A DNA stretch of 64,000 nt from Clostridia bacterium (lineage in GTDB: Bacteria > Bacillota > Clostridia > TANB77 > CAG-508). Below, piece by piece: positions 10,201 to 18,778 of this stretch (its first letter is position 1; each line of letters opens with the position of its first letter). The stretch lies in the NCBI GenBank assembly GCA_017437145.1, contig JAFSBT010000008.1, positions 273,893-337,892 on the forward strand, given 5' to 3'. The notes below the pieces were generated by a model that was not told the origin of the DNA, searched no databases, and saw only the letters and a list, made by a program, of their open reading frames with translations. Both the position numbers and the translations under genes were made by a program.

Positions 10201-13200
10201 AATGTTGTTGAAGTTGCTGTTTTCCAATCTTCTGTTATTAATTCTACATTTTCATTTGCACTTATTACAAATTTATCTTCTTTACTTTCTGTTGTAATTA
10301 CAATAGTTGCTGATTTTTTATCTTCACTTAGTAATGCTTCGCTAACACTTGTTATTACTGGAGCTGTGTTATCAATTGTTAATAAAAATGTTGGTATTGT
10401 CATATCATATGCTTCTGAGCACTTATTTCCTGCTTCATCAATGAACATTCCTTCAGGAATATATAATTGAACTCTACCATCTCCAAGAGCTTCTGTTACT
10501 TTTATTCCCCAAGTTTTTCCATCTTCTGATTTGGCTTCTGTCGTTAATTTCGCAGAAGCTTCCCCAAATCCATCTAAAGCAGCAAATCTAGCTTCTATTC
10601 CTTCTTGTTTTATAACTTTATCGTCAGAAGTTATTGTATAATTTGCAACTCCATCTTTGTTTATACAGTTATTATCTATACTTTCAATTGTAATTTTTGG
10701 AGCAATATTGTCAAAGCTTAATCCGGCAACTTCTTGTTTTACTGAACTATTTCCTGCTTCATCTGTGAATAATCCTTGAGGTAAGTTTAATTTAACTGGT
10801 CCATTTCCAACTCCACCTTTTACAGTGATTGTCCATGTTTTTCCATCAACTTCTGGTGCTTTTACCTCAACTATTGTACCTTTTATTCCTTCACCTGTTA
10901 ATGTAATTTGTGTTACTTTTTCTTGAACTAAATTTAACGCTTCTGATGTTTTGAATGTATATACTGCAGTTCCTTCGCTGTTTACTGTTGTTTTATCTAA
11001 TGCTGGAGCTGGTAATTCTGGATTTGTATTATCAACTCTTACTTTTGTATTAGTATAATCTTCTACTAAAACATTTCCAGCTTTATCTTTAAACATTTCT
11101 TTTGGAATTTTTAATACTACTTGGCTATTTGCTGTTCCACCTGTTAAAGTAATTGTCCAAATTTTTCCACTTCCTGTTATTTCACCTAATGTTCCTAATT
11201 TATCATCTTTTTCAAATTTATCATTTGTTATACTTGCTTTAACATCCTTATTTAACACAACATCTTCATTTGCTGTTATTGTATATGTTACTTTTCCATT
11301 TTCTTTTACTGCAGGTACAGATGCTGTAATTGTTAATGTTGGTGCTGTGTTATCAAATTCATATTCTCCTGATACTTTAACTCCGTCTTTATTTTCATTT
11401 CCTTGAACATCTTTTAATGTAGCAATTTTAACTTTTACAAAATATGTTCCTGTTAAATTACTTCCATCTACTATGAAAGAAGCAACTTTATCTCCAGCTT
11501 TATAGCTTAATTTAGCTGTTGTATATTCAGTTGGTTCCTCTTCAGCTGTTCTAACAAATGCATATCCAATGTTTGCTCCTGCTGCTAAACCTTTAAATGC
11601 ATCTGTTAATTTTATTTCAACTTTATTTCCATCTTTTTTACCAAACTCAACTCTTGGTGCTATAGCATCAACTTGAATTTTATTTTCTATATATGCTGTA
11701 TTACTTATATTGCCATATGCATCTTTAGCATGTATATAATAAGTTGCATTATTTTCATAAACATATGTAAATTCATATGTAGCTGGTTTTCCATCTATAG
11801 TTATCCATTTTGTATTTTCATCTGCTTTTTCATTTGTATCTATAACATATCCAGCAAGTCCTATTCCCACATCTGTTAATGAATATTTTACTGTTTCAGC
11901 ATATACTTGTCCATTACTAATTTTAATATCACTATTAACTACATATGATAAAGGTTGAGGTACTGGAGCTATATTATCAATCATTTTATTATCTATTACT
12001 ATCTCTTTTGCATCTGAAATGTTTCCAGCTTTATCTTTTACTGATAAATACCATGTTCCTGCGTTTTCAATTGTCGTTTCAATAGTTGCTTTTGTACCAC
12101 TTAATGTTTTCCATCCTGTTGTTACTTTAGATACATCTTTAGTCAATGAAATTATATAGCTATTTAATCCACTTTCTCCTACTTCTTCAACACTTACTTT
12201 AATTTTAGCAACTTTTCCGCCTTCGATACTTTCAATTTCTCCTATTACTGGTTTACTTGTATCAACTTCTGTTATTATTTGTGTATATACACCTATATTC
12301 CCCATTTTGTCCATTATATAAGCATATATTGTTCCATTTACTTTTATATCTTCTTTTATTGTATCTGATGTTATTAATTTCCAATTCTCATCTTTTAGTT
12401 TTGTTTGATCAGCTTCTGTTGTTATTATATATTTATATGCACCACTTGCATCATCTTTTATATTTGATAATGTAATTGTCATATAATATTTTCCAGCTGG
12501 TCTTTCTTTTCCTATAGTTGCTGTTGGTGGTGTTACATCAACCATTATATTTGCATTAGGATTTTTTTGTTTATAATCATTTATTGCAATATTTGTACCA
12601 TCATAACAAATTGTTGCTGTACAATTTTTAAATGCATCTGTTCCTATAGTTTCTATCGGAGTACCTTTTGGTACTATAATAGTTTTCATTCCTGTACAAT
12701 CATAAAAAGCTTTTTCTCCAATTATTTTTAATGATGTTGGTAAAACCAATTCTTTTAAAGCTATACATCCAGAAAATGCCTCTTTTTGAATTTCAGTTAC
12801 TGAATTTGGCATTGTAACTGCTGTTAATTTTGTATTTCCTTTAAAAGCACCTTCTCCAATTATTCTAACTGGTAGTCCATATATTTTATTTAGAAGGGTA
12901 ATTTGTGTGATATTTCCTTTGTTATCTTTAAAGCTATTTATTGTAGCGTATCCATTTTCTCCTTCAGTTAATGTATATATTATATATGCTGGAGATTGTG
13001 CAATTATTGGATTATCTTTTGTGCAATATACTATTAAATTTTTATTGCATGGTATATTTGAAGAATCAAATATAGTTGTTCCAACTGTTGTTAATCCTTG
13101 TGGAACTACTGCAACAGTTAAATTAGAGCATCCTAAAAATGCATTATTTCCTATACTTGTAACTGTTTTAGGTATTTCTACACTTTTTAAAGCAGTTTTA

Positions 13201-14435
13201 TAAAATGCTTGAGCACCTATTGAAGTTAATTTGCTTGGCATATTAACTGTTTCTAATTTTGTACAATTATAAAATACATTAGTACTTAATGATGTTAACT
13301 CATTTGATAAAACAACTTTATTTAAAGAAGTACAATCTCTAAAAGCAGCATTTCCTATTGATGTTACATTACTTAAATTTGCTTCTACTAATGAAGAATA
13401 ACCAAAAGCTAATTCTCCTATATTTTTTACACTTGTAGGTAAATTTAAACTTGAAAGTTTTGTTTTATAAAAAGCATATTCCTCTATTGTTGTTACCTTC
13501 TCGCCTATTAAAACTTCATTTAAATTTGTACAAGCTCTAAACATAGAAGCTGGTATTACTGTAATATTAGATAATTTAGGAAATTTCTCTAATGAAGTTC
13601 CAGCAAATGCCCATTTCCCAATTTTTGTTACACTTGCTTCATTTTCAAAACTAACTGTTTTTAATCCGTTAAAACAATAAAAAGCATGTGAATCAATATT
13701 TGATACTGATTTTCCTATTGTAACTTTTGCATCATTTGTAACGTTTCTCGCAAATGCATATGTTGCTATTGTACTTACAGAAGCTGGCATAGTAAAAGTA
13801 GTTGTACTTTTTGCTAATGGAAATTTTAATAATGTAGTTTTTGCTTTATTATATAAAACTCCATCTTGACTTGAAAATGCTGTATTATCACTATCTACCT
13901 CTATTTTTGTTAATGCAGTACAAGGTTCAAATGATAAAGCACTCATATTTGTTACATATTTACCTATTTTAATTCCTGTAATACCTGTAATTTTTGGTGA
14001 TACTTCTCCTGTTTTTTCATCTGCAGTATAGTCAACTAATCCGTTATTTTTATCAGCATTAAATCCAAATTGAGTTACTTTATAAACGTATTCATTCCAG
14101 TTAGTAAATAAATTTTTTGGAATTCTTATTTTATCTGGTATAGTAACTGTTCCTTTTAAAGTTGAAGCATTTACAAATCTAAAAGAAACTTCTCCTGCAC
14201 CATCAAGTAAGCTATCTTCTTTTAAAATAGTAGCTTTCCACTTAATGCCATTAGTTTCTCCTACATAAACTTTGCCTACTTCGTCATTCCACCAATCGGG
14301 ATTATCTGCATCAAAAACATCTTGATCAATATCCCATACAACTTCTGCTCTGGCAGTTCCTCCTGATATTAATAAGAAAACACAGGCAAGTATTCCTATT
14401 AATAACGCTTTAAAAATTGCACTCCTCTTTAGCAT
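7293..14435 (-). CDS. giant surface protein: signal peptide, BspA-type leucine-rich repeats, about 9 Big_2 Ig-like domains, C-terminal dockerin-like module
   Basis: 2380 aa single ORF; repeated IGxxAFxxCxxLxxIxIPxSVxxIG LRR units; repeated ~85-aa units ...IxWxSSNxxVATVDxxGxVTAxxxGxxTITATxxDGxxxATCxVxV; C-terminus TGDCTGDGLVTANDLIDTVKQFKY... shares module with protease at 2772-4772. Confidence 0.85.
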   Translation of the reverse strand: MLKRSAIFKALLIGILACVFLLISGGTARAEVVWDIDQDVFDADNPDWWNDEVGKVYVGETNGIKWKATILKEDSLLDGAGEVSFRFVNASTLKGTVTIPDKIRIPKNLFTNWNEYVYKVTQFGFNADKNNGLVDYTADEKTGEVSPKITGITGIKIGKYVTNMSALSFEPCTALTKIEVDSDNTAFSSQDGVLYNKAKTTLLKFPLAKSTTTFTMPASVSTIATYAFARNVTNDAKVTIGKSVSNIDSHAFYCFNGLKTVSFENEASVTKIGKWAFAGTSLEKFPKLSNITVIPASMFRACTNLNEVLIGEKVTTIEEYAFYKTKLSSLNLPTSVKNIGELAFGYSSLVEANLSNVTSIGNAAFRDCTSLNKVVLSNELTSLSTNVFYNCTKLETVNMPSKLTSIGAQAFYKTALKSVEIPKTVTSIGNNAFLGCSNLTVAVVPQGLTTVGTTIFDSSNIPCNKNLIVYCTKDNPIIAQSPAYIIYTLTEGENGYATINSFKDNKGNITQITLLNKIYGLPVRIIGEGAFKGNTKLTAVTMPNSVTEIQKEAFSGCIALKELVLPTSLKIIGEKAFYDCTGMKTIIVPKGTPIETIGTDAFKNCTATICYDGTNIAINDYKQKNPNANIMVDVTPPTATIGKERPAGKYYMTITLSNIKDDASGAYKYIITTEADQTKLKDENWKLITSDTIKEDIKVNGTIYAYIMDKMGNIGVYTQIITEVDTSKPVIGEIESIEGGKVAKIKVSVEEVGESGLNSYIISLTKDVSKVTTGWKTLSGTKATIETTIENAGTWYLSVKDKAGNISDAKEIVIDNKMIDNIAPVPQPLSYVVNSDIKISNGQVYAETVKYSLTDVGIGLAGYVIDTNEKADENTKWITIDGKPATYEFTYVYENNATYYIHAKDAYGNISNTAYIENKIQVDAIAPRVEFGKKDGNKVEIKLTDAFKGLAAGANIGYAFVRTAEEEPTEYTTAKLSYKAGDKVASFIVDGSNLTGTYFVKVKIATLKDVQGNENKDGVKVSGEYEFDNTAPTLTITASVPAVKENGKVTYTITANEDVVLNKDVKASITNDKFEKDDKLGTLGEITGSGKIWTITLTGGTANSQVVLKIPKEMFKDKAGNVLVEDYTNTKVRVDNTNPELPAPALDKTTVNSEGTAVYTFKTSEALNLVQEKVTQITLTGEGIKGTIVEVKAPEVDGKTWTITVKGGVGNGPVKLNLPQGLFTDEAGNSSVKQEVAGLSFDNIAPKITIESIDNNCINKDGVANYTITSDDKVIKQEGIEARFAALDGFGEASAKLTTEAKSEDGKTWGIKVTEALGDGRVQLYIPEGMFIDEAGNKCSEAYDMTIPTFLLTIDNTAPVITSVSEALLSEDKKSATIVITTESKEDKFVISANENVELITEDWKTATSTTLTDTVKSNGDFYIYVKDKAGNIAKYNGVVKVSGIIDNIAPTVKIEAATPASIKTGNKATFKIITSEAVTNAQGYTAMLKGEGSTGSTVTLNQIGKTSFVATVTAGSKEGEIELVLPKGIFKDTSNNPTEQEYTKAGLVVDNTAPKAEVKYEQTENGIKIIIIANEALSPVEGWTLTKTNKDNDTLVKEVKEDLSEVTIKDIAENELKVATKVKFATSIILNETANVDVDGKKALVATIVPSDATPESIKWESSNTSIVTVDSKGIMKGISKGTATITATSIKDAKVSATCQIIVNEKIEVESVTFKEEAPKELTLGGKAELANLITIAPDNASVKDANWSSSNTSVISVDENGTVKAVGVGDAVVTVTADGGKTATLTISVKAIDSTEVTGIELDKTLLRLVKGQTAELNETVKPEELASSLQSVVWASSNEKVATVVNGLITAVGAGETTITVTTINGGKSATCKVYVEESNVTLESIAFEKTALEIVEGKNETLKVIFTPSNAINQDVTFVSSDATVTTIDEKGKLTAIMPGETTITATSAEGGFTATCNVVVTKAIPVEKIELDITTLDLYSGDSTEINATVTPDNATDKELIWTSSDEKVATVNTNGKVIAVGAGSATITASSLDGKVTATCQVTVTDFVAVESVTLDKESVDIMKNSDIILVATINPENATNKKLTWTSDNENVAKVEATEDGSAKVTGIGDGTATITVTTEDGNKTATCKVTVTTGTGKVTGVKLSANEMTLSIGKTSQIIATVEPEDAANKTLIWKSSNENVATVDAAGNVTAIAEGTTVITVTTEDGNFTATCTITVVQQAKGFTDDAGFGMKTINGVNYLVGINPKVAIQSILDKLAEGYTATVEDADKEVISDYTKYASTDNTRIIVKNETETITYIVVVTGDCTGDGLVTANDLIDTVKQFKYTRSNGSKGTKLEGAKLLAVKFTDKEEYTASDLINEVKMYKEWRNK

Positions 14436-14536
14436 AAATTTTCCCTCCTAAAAATTTTTCAAAAATTCATGCTTTAAATATACTCGCGAAGAAAAAAAAA
14501 ATCAATAGCAAAATTTCTCGCCCCTTTATTTTTACA

Positions 14537-14572
14537 AAAAAAACGCGCTTCACGTTTTTACGGAAGCGCATT
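14537..14572 (-). terminator. rho-independent terminator of UDG gene (minus strand)
   Basis: GC stem gcgcttc/gaagcgc with following T-run on minus strand (aaaaaaaacgcgcttcacgtttttacggaagcgc on plus). Confidence 0.6.
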
Positions 14573-14690
14573 TCAGGTTTTTTTGTGACTTGAAAATGAT
14601 ATTTATATTACAATTGTGTTACAAAAAACTTTCGTTTTTCTTTAATACTTAGGGATAAGTGTTTTTTAGGGTTCACTTTTTTTGTAAATT

Positions 14691-15227
14691 TTATATTAAT
14701 TTTTTTAAATCTTTCCAAAAATCTATTTTTTTCGACTCATCTCTTAATAATGCTGCTGGATGAAATGTAGGTAAGTATTTAATACCTTCTTTTTCGAACC
14801 AATTACCTCTACTAGCAGTTATTCCATATTCTTTGCCTAAAATATTTTTTAATGCTACACTGCCTAAAAGTACTATAATTTCAGGATTTATTAATTTTAT
14901 TTGTGTATTTAAAAATTCTCGGCAACTATCTGCTTCTTCATCTTCTGGATTTCTATTATTTGGTGGCCTACATTTAACAATATTTGCAATATAAACTTCT
15001 TCTCTTTTTATTCCTGTTCCTTGAAATGCTTGATCCATAAGTTTTCCCGCTTTCCCAACAAAAGGTATTCCTTGAATATCTTCATCTGCTCCTGGTCCTT
15101 CTCCTATAAACATTATTTTCGCATTTCTATTACCAGTACCAATTACAACATTTTTTCTTGCCTTACATAATTTACATTTAGTACAATTTTTACATGCTTC
15201 TTCTAATTTTTCCCATGTTTGATACAT
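14691..15227 (-). CDS. uracil-DNA glycosylase, family 4 (Fe-S type)
   Basis: 178 aa; CKNCTKCKLC cysteine cluster, GEGPGADED and GIPFVGKAG motifs of family-4 UDG. Confidence 0.8.
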   Translation of the reverse strand: MYQTWEKLEEACKNCTKCKLCKARKNVVIGTGNRNAKIMFIGEGPGADEDIQGIPFVGKAGKLMDQAFQGTGIKREEVYIANIVKCRPPNNRNPEDEEADSCREFLNTQIKLINPEIIVLLGSVALKNILGKEYGITASRGNWFEKEGIKYLPTFHPAALLRDESKKIDFWKDLKKLI

Positions 15228-15295
15228 ATGTTATTCTCCTATTTTTTTATATTATATATTATGCATTACCTTTTAAATCAAAATTTCATCAAATA

Positions 15296-15321
15296 GCGGA
15301 CGACCAATGGTCGCCCCTACA
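15296..15321. repeat. GC-rich REP-like element (single unit)
   Basis: gcggacgaccaatggtcgcccctaca; hairpin gacc-aat-ggtc plus CCCCTACA end. Confidence 0.7.
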
Positions 15322-15330
15322 TTATCTCCA

Positions 15331-15900
15331 CTATTTTATATTTAGTCTAGACAATAACTCTTCTACTTGTTTTTCTAGATTACAGTTATTATTATATACA
15401 ATAAAATCTGAATTTTTTTTATAGAACTCATCCTTAGGTTGTGCGTTTAATCTTTCTATTGCTTTTTCCTCTTCAATTTTATCTCTCTTTACTATTCTTT
15501 CTATTTTTACTTTTTCATCTGCCATTACTGCAATAGTAACATCACAAATTGTATTTAACTGTGATTCAATTAATAAAGGAGCATCTATGATGGAATTATT
15601 TTCCACTTGTTTTTTTATTTCATCTACAACATATTTAAATGTAAGATTGTTGATTTTTAGCCTTTCTGTTTCATTATTAAAAATAATTTCAGCTAGTTTT
15701 TTTCTGTTTATCTCTTGATTATCATTTAATATTTTCAAACCGAATGTTTTTACTATTTCTTTATAATAATCTTCATCTTTATTATATAATTTTTTCACAA
15801 TTTCATCTGCATTTATTAATTTATAATTCAATTTTTCTGCCAAAATATTACTAACTGTTGTTTTTCCACTTCCAGATGATCCAGTTATTCCAATTATCAT
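15331..15900 (-). CDS. coaE: dephospho-CoA kinase
   Basis: 189 aa beginning MIIGITGSSGSGKTTVSNIL (P-loop typical of CoaE). Confidence 0.85.
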   Translation of the reverse strand: MIIGITGSSGSGKTTVSNILAEKLNYKLINADEIVKKLYNKDEDYYKEIVKTFGLKILNDNQEINRKKLAEIIFNNETERLKINNLTFKYVVDEIKKQVENNSIIDAPLLIESQLNTICDVTIAVMADEKVKIERIVKRDKIEEEKAIERLNAQPKDEFYKKNSDFIVYNNNCNLEKQVEELLSRLNIK

Positions 15901-16149
15901 TTTAAACTCCTCTAATATTTTTAATTATTCATAAAAAATTTATCTAACATTATACCTATATTTGTTTTTTATTATATCATTTTTCCCTTATAAAATAAAG
16001 AGGCTAGTTAATTATAGTTTACTCCTAACTAAAAATTTAATTCACACCTCTCACATCACACTTCCCACTTCTAATATTTAAAATCTAATACAATTTTATT
16101 GTTTTTTATTATTGTTATAGTATATAATACCTTTTGAAAGGATGTTATT

Positions 16150-17202
16150 ATGACTATAAATTTTTATGATTTTATAAATCAAATAATTCAAAACCCATTT
16201 TTACTAATAATTGTAGGTTTAACCTTAGGTGTTATATTAGTAAATGGTTGGACAGATGCTCCAAATGCAATTGCTACTTGTGTTTCTACAAGGTCATTAT
16301 CTCCCAAAAAAGCAATTGTTATGGCCGCAATATTTAATTTTCTTGGAGTTTTAGTAATGACTTTAATAAGTAGAGCAGTTGCTCAAACAATTTATAATAT
16401 GGTTGACTTTGGAAATGATTCTAACAATGCATTAATTGCTCTTTGTGCTGCTTTATTTGCTATTGTAGCTTGGGCTGTGGCTGCTTGGTTCTTCGGAATT
16501 CCAACAAGTGAAAGTCATGCTTTAATCGCCGGTATTTCTGGTGCTGCTATTGCAATTCAAGGTGGAATTTCTGGTATAAATTCTAGTGAATGGATAAAAG
16601 TTTTATATGGACTTGTTCTATCAACAATTCTAGGTTTTGTATTAGGATTCGTTGTAGTTAAAATTATTATTTTAATATGCAAAAAAATTGAACGAAGAAA
16701 AACAAATAAATTTTTTAAATATGGGCAAATAATGGGTGGCGCAGCTATGGCATTTATGCATGGTGCACAAGATGGGCAAAAATTTATGGGTGTTTTTATG
16801 CTAGGAATATTTTTAGCAAATGGTTATACATCTGTAAATGAATTTTCTATTCCATTATGGTTAATGATTCTTTGTTCAATAATTATGTCTTTAGGAACTT
16901 CTATTGGAGGATATAAAATTATAAAAACTGTTGGTATGGGTATGGTAAAAATGGAAAAATATCAAGGTTTTGCAGCAGATACTGCTGGAGCAATATGTTT
17001 ACTTATTTCTTCATTATTTGGAATTCCTGTAAGTACTACACATACAAAAACAACAGCAATTATGGGCGTTGGAGCTGCAAAAAGACTCTCTTCTGTTAAT
17101 TGGTCAATAGTAAAAGAAATGGTTCTAGCGTGGATTTTAACTTTCCCTGGTTGTGGTCTTTTAGGATTTGCTGCAGCTCATCTATTTATGAAAATTTTTT
17201 AA
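16150..17202 (+). CDS. pit: inorganic phosphate transporter, PiT family
   Basis: 350 aa polytopic; GWTDAPNAIAT and HGAQDGQKFMG PiT signature repeats. Confidence 0.85.
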   Translation: MTINFYDFINQIIQNPFLLIIVGLTLGVILVNGWTDAPNAIATCVSTRSLSPKKAIVMAAIFNFLGVLVMTLISRAVAQTIYNMVDFGNDSNNALIALCAALFAIVAWAVAAWFFGIPTSESHALIAGISGAAIAIQGGISGINSSEWIKVLYGLVLSTILGFVLGFVVVKIIILICKKIERRKTNKFFKYGQIMGGAAMAFMHGAQDGQKFMGVFMLGIFLANGYTSVNEFSIPLWLMILCSIIMSLGTSIGGYKIIKTVGMGMVKMEKYQGFAADTAGAICLLISSLFGIPVSTTHTKTTAIMGVGAAKRLSSVNWSIVKEMVLAWILTFPGCGLLGFAAAHLFMKIF

Positions 17203-17227
17203 AATTATTATATAAGGAGTTTTATTT

Positions 17228-17845
17228 ATGAAAAAAGAAAAATTTAATTATTTTGATGAATTTATAAAAGGAAGTGATTATTCTGTACATTCTATAGAAC
17301 TACTAAATGAAATCTTTGAAGATTTTAATAAAAATTTATTACCTGATAATATTGTGAAAATGCATAAAATTGAGCACGAAGCTGATGAAGAAAAACATGC
17401 TTTAACTAATTATTTATTAAAGGATTTCTTGCCTCCTATTGAAAGGGAAGATATTGTACTTTTGGCACATAAAATAGATAATTTAACAGATAATATCGAA
17501 GAAATTTTAATAAATATTGATATATTTAATGTAACTGCTTTAAGACCTGAAATCTCTGAATTTACAAAATTACTTTATGATTGTTGCAAATCAGTAAATG
17601 CTTTAATTATTGAATTTAAAAATTTTAAAAAGAATTCTAATATCGAAGAAAAAATCATAGAAATAAACCACATGGAAGAAGATGGTGATTCTTTATATTC
17701 AAAATATATGAGAGAATTATATAGAGCAAACAATCCTATAGACATTTTAATTTGGACACAAATACTTAATTGCTTTGAACAATGTTTTGATGCATGTGAA
17801 CAAATAGCTGATGCTGTAGAAAATATAATACTTAAAAATTCATAA
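17228..17845 (+). CDS. PhoU-like DUF47 protein (Pit accessory/regulator)
   Basis: 205 aa helical protein immediately downstream of pit, the usual pit-ykaA arrangement. Confidence 0.7.
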   Translation: MKKEKFNYFDEFIKGSDYSVHSIELLNEIFEDFNKNLLPDNIVKMHKIEHEADEEKHALTNYLLKDFLPPIEREDIVLLAHKIDNLTDNIEEILINIDIFNVTALRPEISEFTKLLYDCCKSVNALIIEFKNFKKNSNIEEKIIEINHMEEDGDSLYSKYMRELYRANNPIDILIWTQILNCFEQCFDACEQIADAVENIILKNS

Positions 17846-17922
17846 TTTATTACTAAAATGGAATGTAAACACATTCCATTTTTTATTGACATATATAACA
17901 ATTTATATTATATACATATATA

Positions 17923-18437
17923 TGGATAAGAAAATTTTAAGAAAAAAATATTTAAAAATAAGACAAAGTTGTAATGTAAATACTGAAAATATCTGTAAAA
18001 AACTGTTTTATTCATCTGAATTTATAAACGCAGAAATTGTATTTACTTATGTTTCTTTTGGAAATGAAATTAGCACCTACAAAATTATCGAAGAATGCTT
18101 TAAATCAAATAAAAAGGTTGCTGTTCCAAAATGTGTTGATAATAATTTAGAATTTTATTATATTAATTCTTTTTCTGATTTAAAATTAGGCTCTTATAAT
18201 ATTTTAGAACCTATAACTAATCTACAAGCAACTAATTTTAAAAACAGTATTTGTATTACTCCTGGTATTGTTTTTGATAAAGAAGGGTATAGAATTGGAT
18301 ATGGTAAAGGATATTATGATAGATTTTTTAAAGATTATACTGGAATCAAAATAGGCCTTTGTTGTAAAGAATGTTTAATTGATGATGTTTGTCCTAATGA
18401 GTTTGACGTGCCGGTAGATTATGTGATCTTGGATTAA
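17923..18437 (+). CDS. 5-formyltetrahydrofolate cyclo-ligase
   Basis: MDKKILRKKYLKIRQ... with GYGKGYYDR motif; start chosen at ATG 17923 after terminator hairpin 17855-17884 rather than ORF-track 17886. Confidence 0.75.
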
Positions 18438-18599
18438 TAATATTCTTATAATTAATCTAAAATATTATTACTTTATTTCTATTTTTGTGTTCGAAAAACT
18501 AATTTTCTCTTATTTTTCATTATTTAATATGTATATTAATCTATTTCACTAAAACAGTAATTATTACACATAATTTAATAATTATTTTTCTCTAAACCC

Positions 18600-18628
18600 T
18601 TGCACAAATTGCATAATCTAGTTATAAT
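18600..18628 (+). promoter_or_regulatory. sigma-A-type promoter of tRNA-Arg
   Basis: TTGCAC (18600-18605) - 17 nt - TATAAT (18623-18628), 11 nt upstream of tRNA 5' end. Confidence 0.6.
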
Positions 18629-18639
18629 AGTATGTGCAT

Positions 18640-18716
18640 GCACCTGTAGCTTAGCTGGATAAAGCGCAAGGCTACGAACTTTGAGACCGGGGGTTCGAAT
18701 CCCTCCAGGTGCACCA
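18640..18716 (+). tRNA. tRNA-Arg (anticodon ACG)
   Basis: Cloverleaf: acceptor GCACCTG/CAGGTGC, D-arm GCTT..AAGC, anticodon stem CAAGG/CTTTG loop CTACGAA, T-loop GGTTCGAATCC, 3' CCA encoded. Confidence 0.85.
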
Positions 18717-18778
18717 CATAGAAAAGTCATGGCTTTAGCTATGGCTTTTTTATGTGGTTTTAAATTGGAGGATTCGCA

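Noticed and set aside
7297-13203. Plus-strand ORFs of 68-210 aa inside the 2380-aa gene (7297-7584, 8701-9333, 9406-9930, 9952-10170, 11673-11879, 12257-12475, 12907-13203)
   Set aside because: They are antisense to a long, well-supported coding sequence. Their low-complexity S/T/V/F-rich products are the expected mirror image of the Ig-repeat coding strand, and they have no RBS or independent signals.
7293-14435. Repetitive DNA inside the giant gene as a possible repeat, CRISPR or mobile array
   Set aside because: The periodicity is about 255 bp and imperfect. It corresponds to tandem protein Ig-like (Big_2) domains in one continuous ORF, not to a nucleic-acid-level repeat array.
16494-16496. 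cttcggaat in pit, identical 9-mer to the sigE frameshift site
   Set aside because: Here the CGG is out of frame (ttc gga) and the Pit ORF is continuous and homologous throughout, so no frameshift is present at this occurrence.
17886-17922. ORF-track start at 17886 for the 5-formyltetrahydrofolate cyclo-ligase gene (MTYITIYIIYIYM...)
   Set aside because: That stretch overlaps the upstream terminator hairpin and encodes a poly-Ile/Tyr leader. The ATG at 17923 (MDKKILRKK) is a more plausible start.
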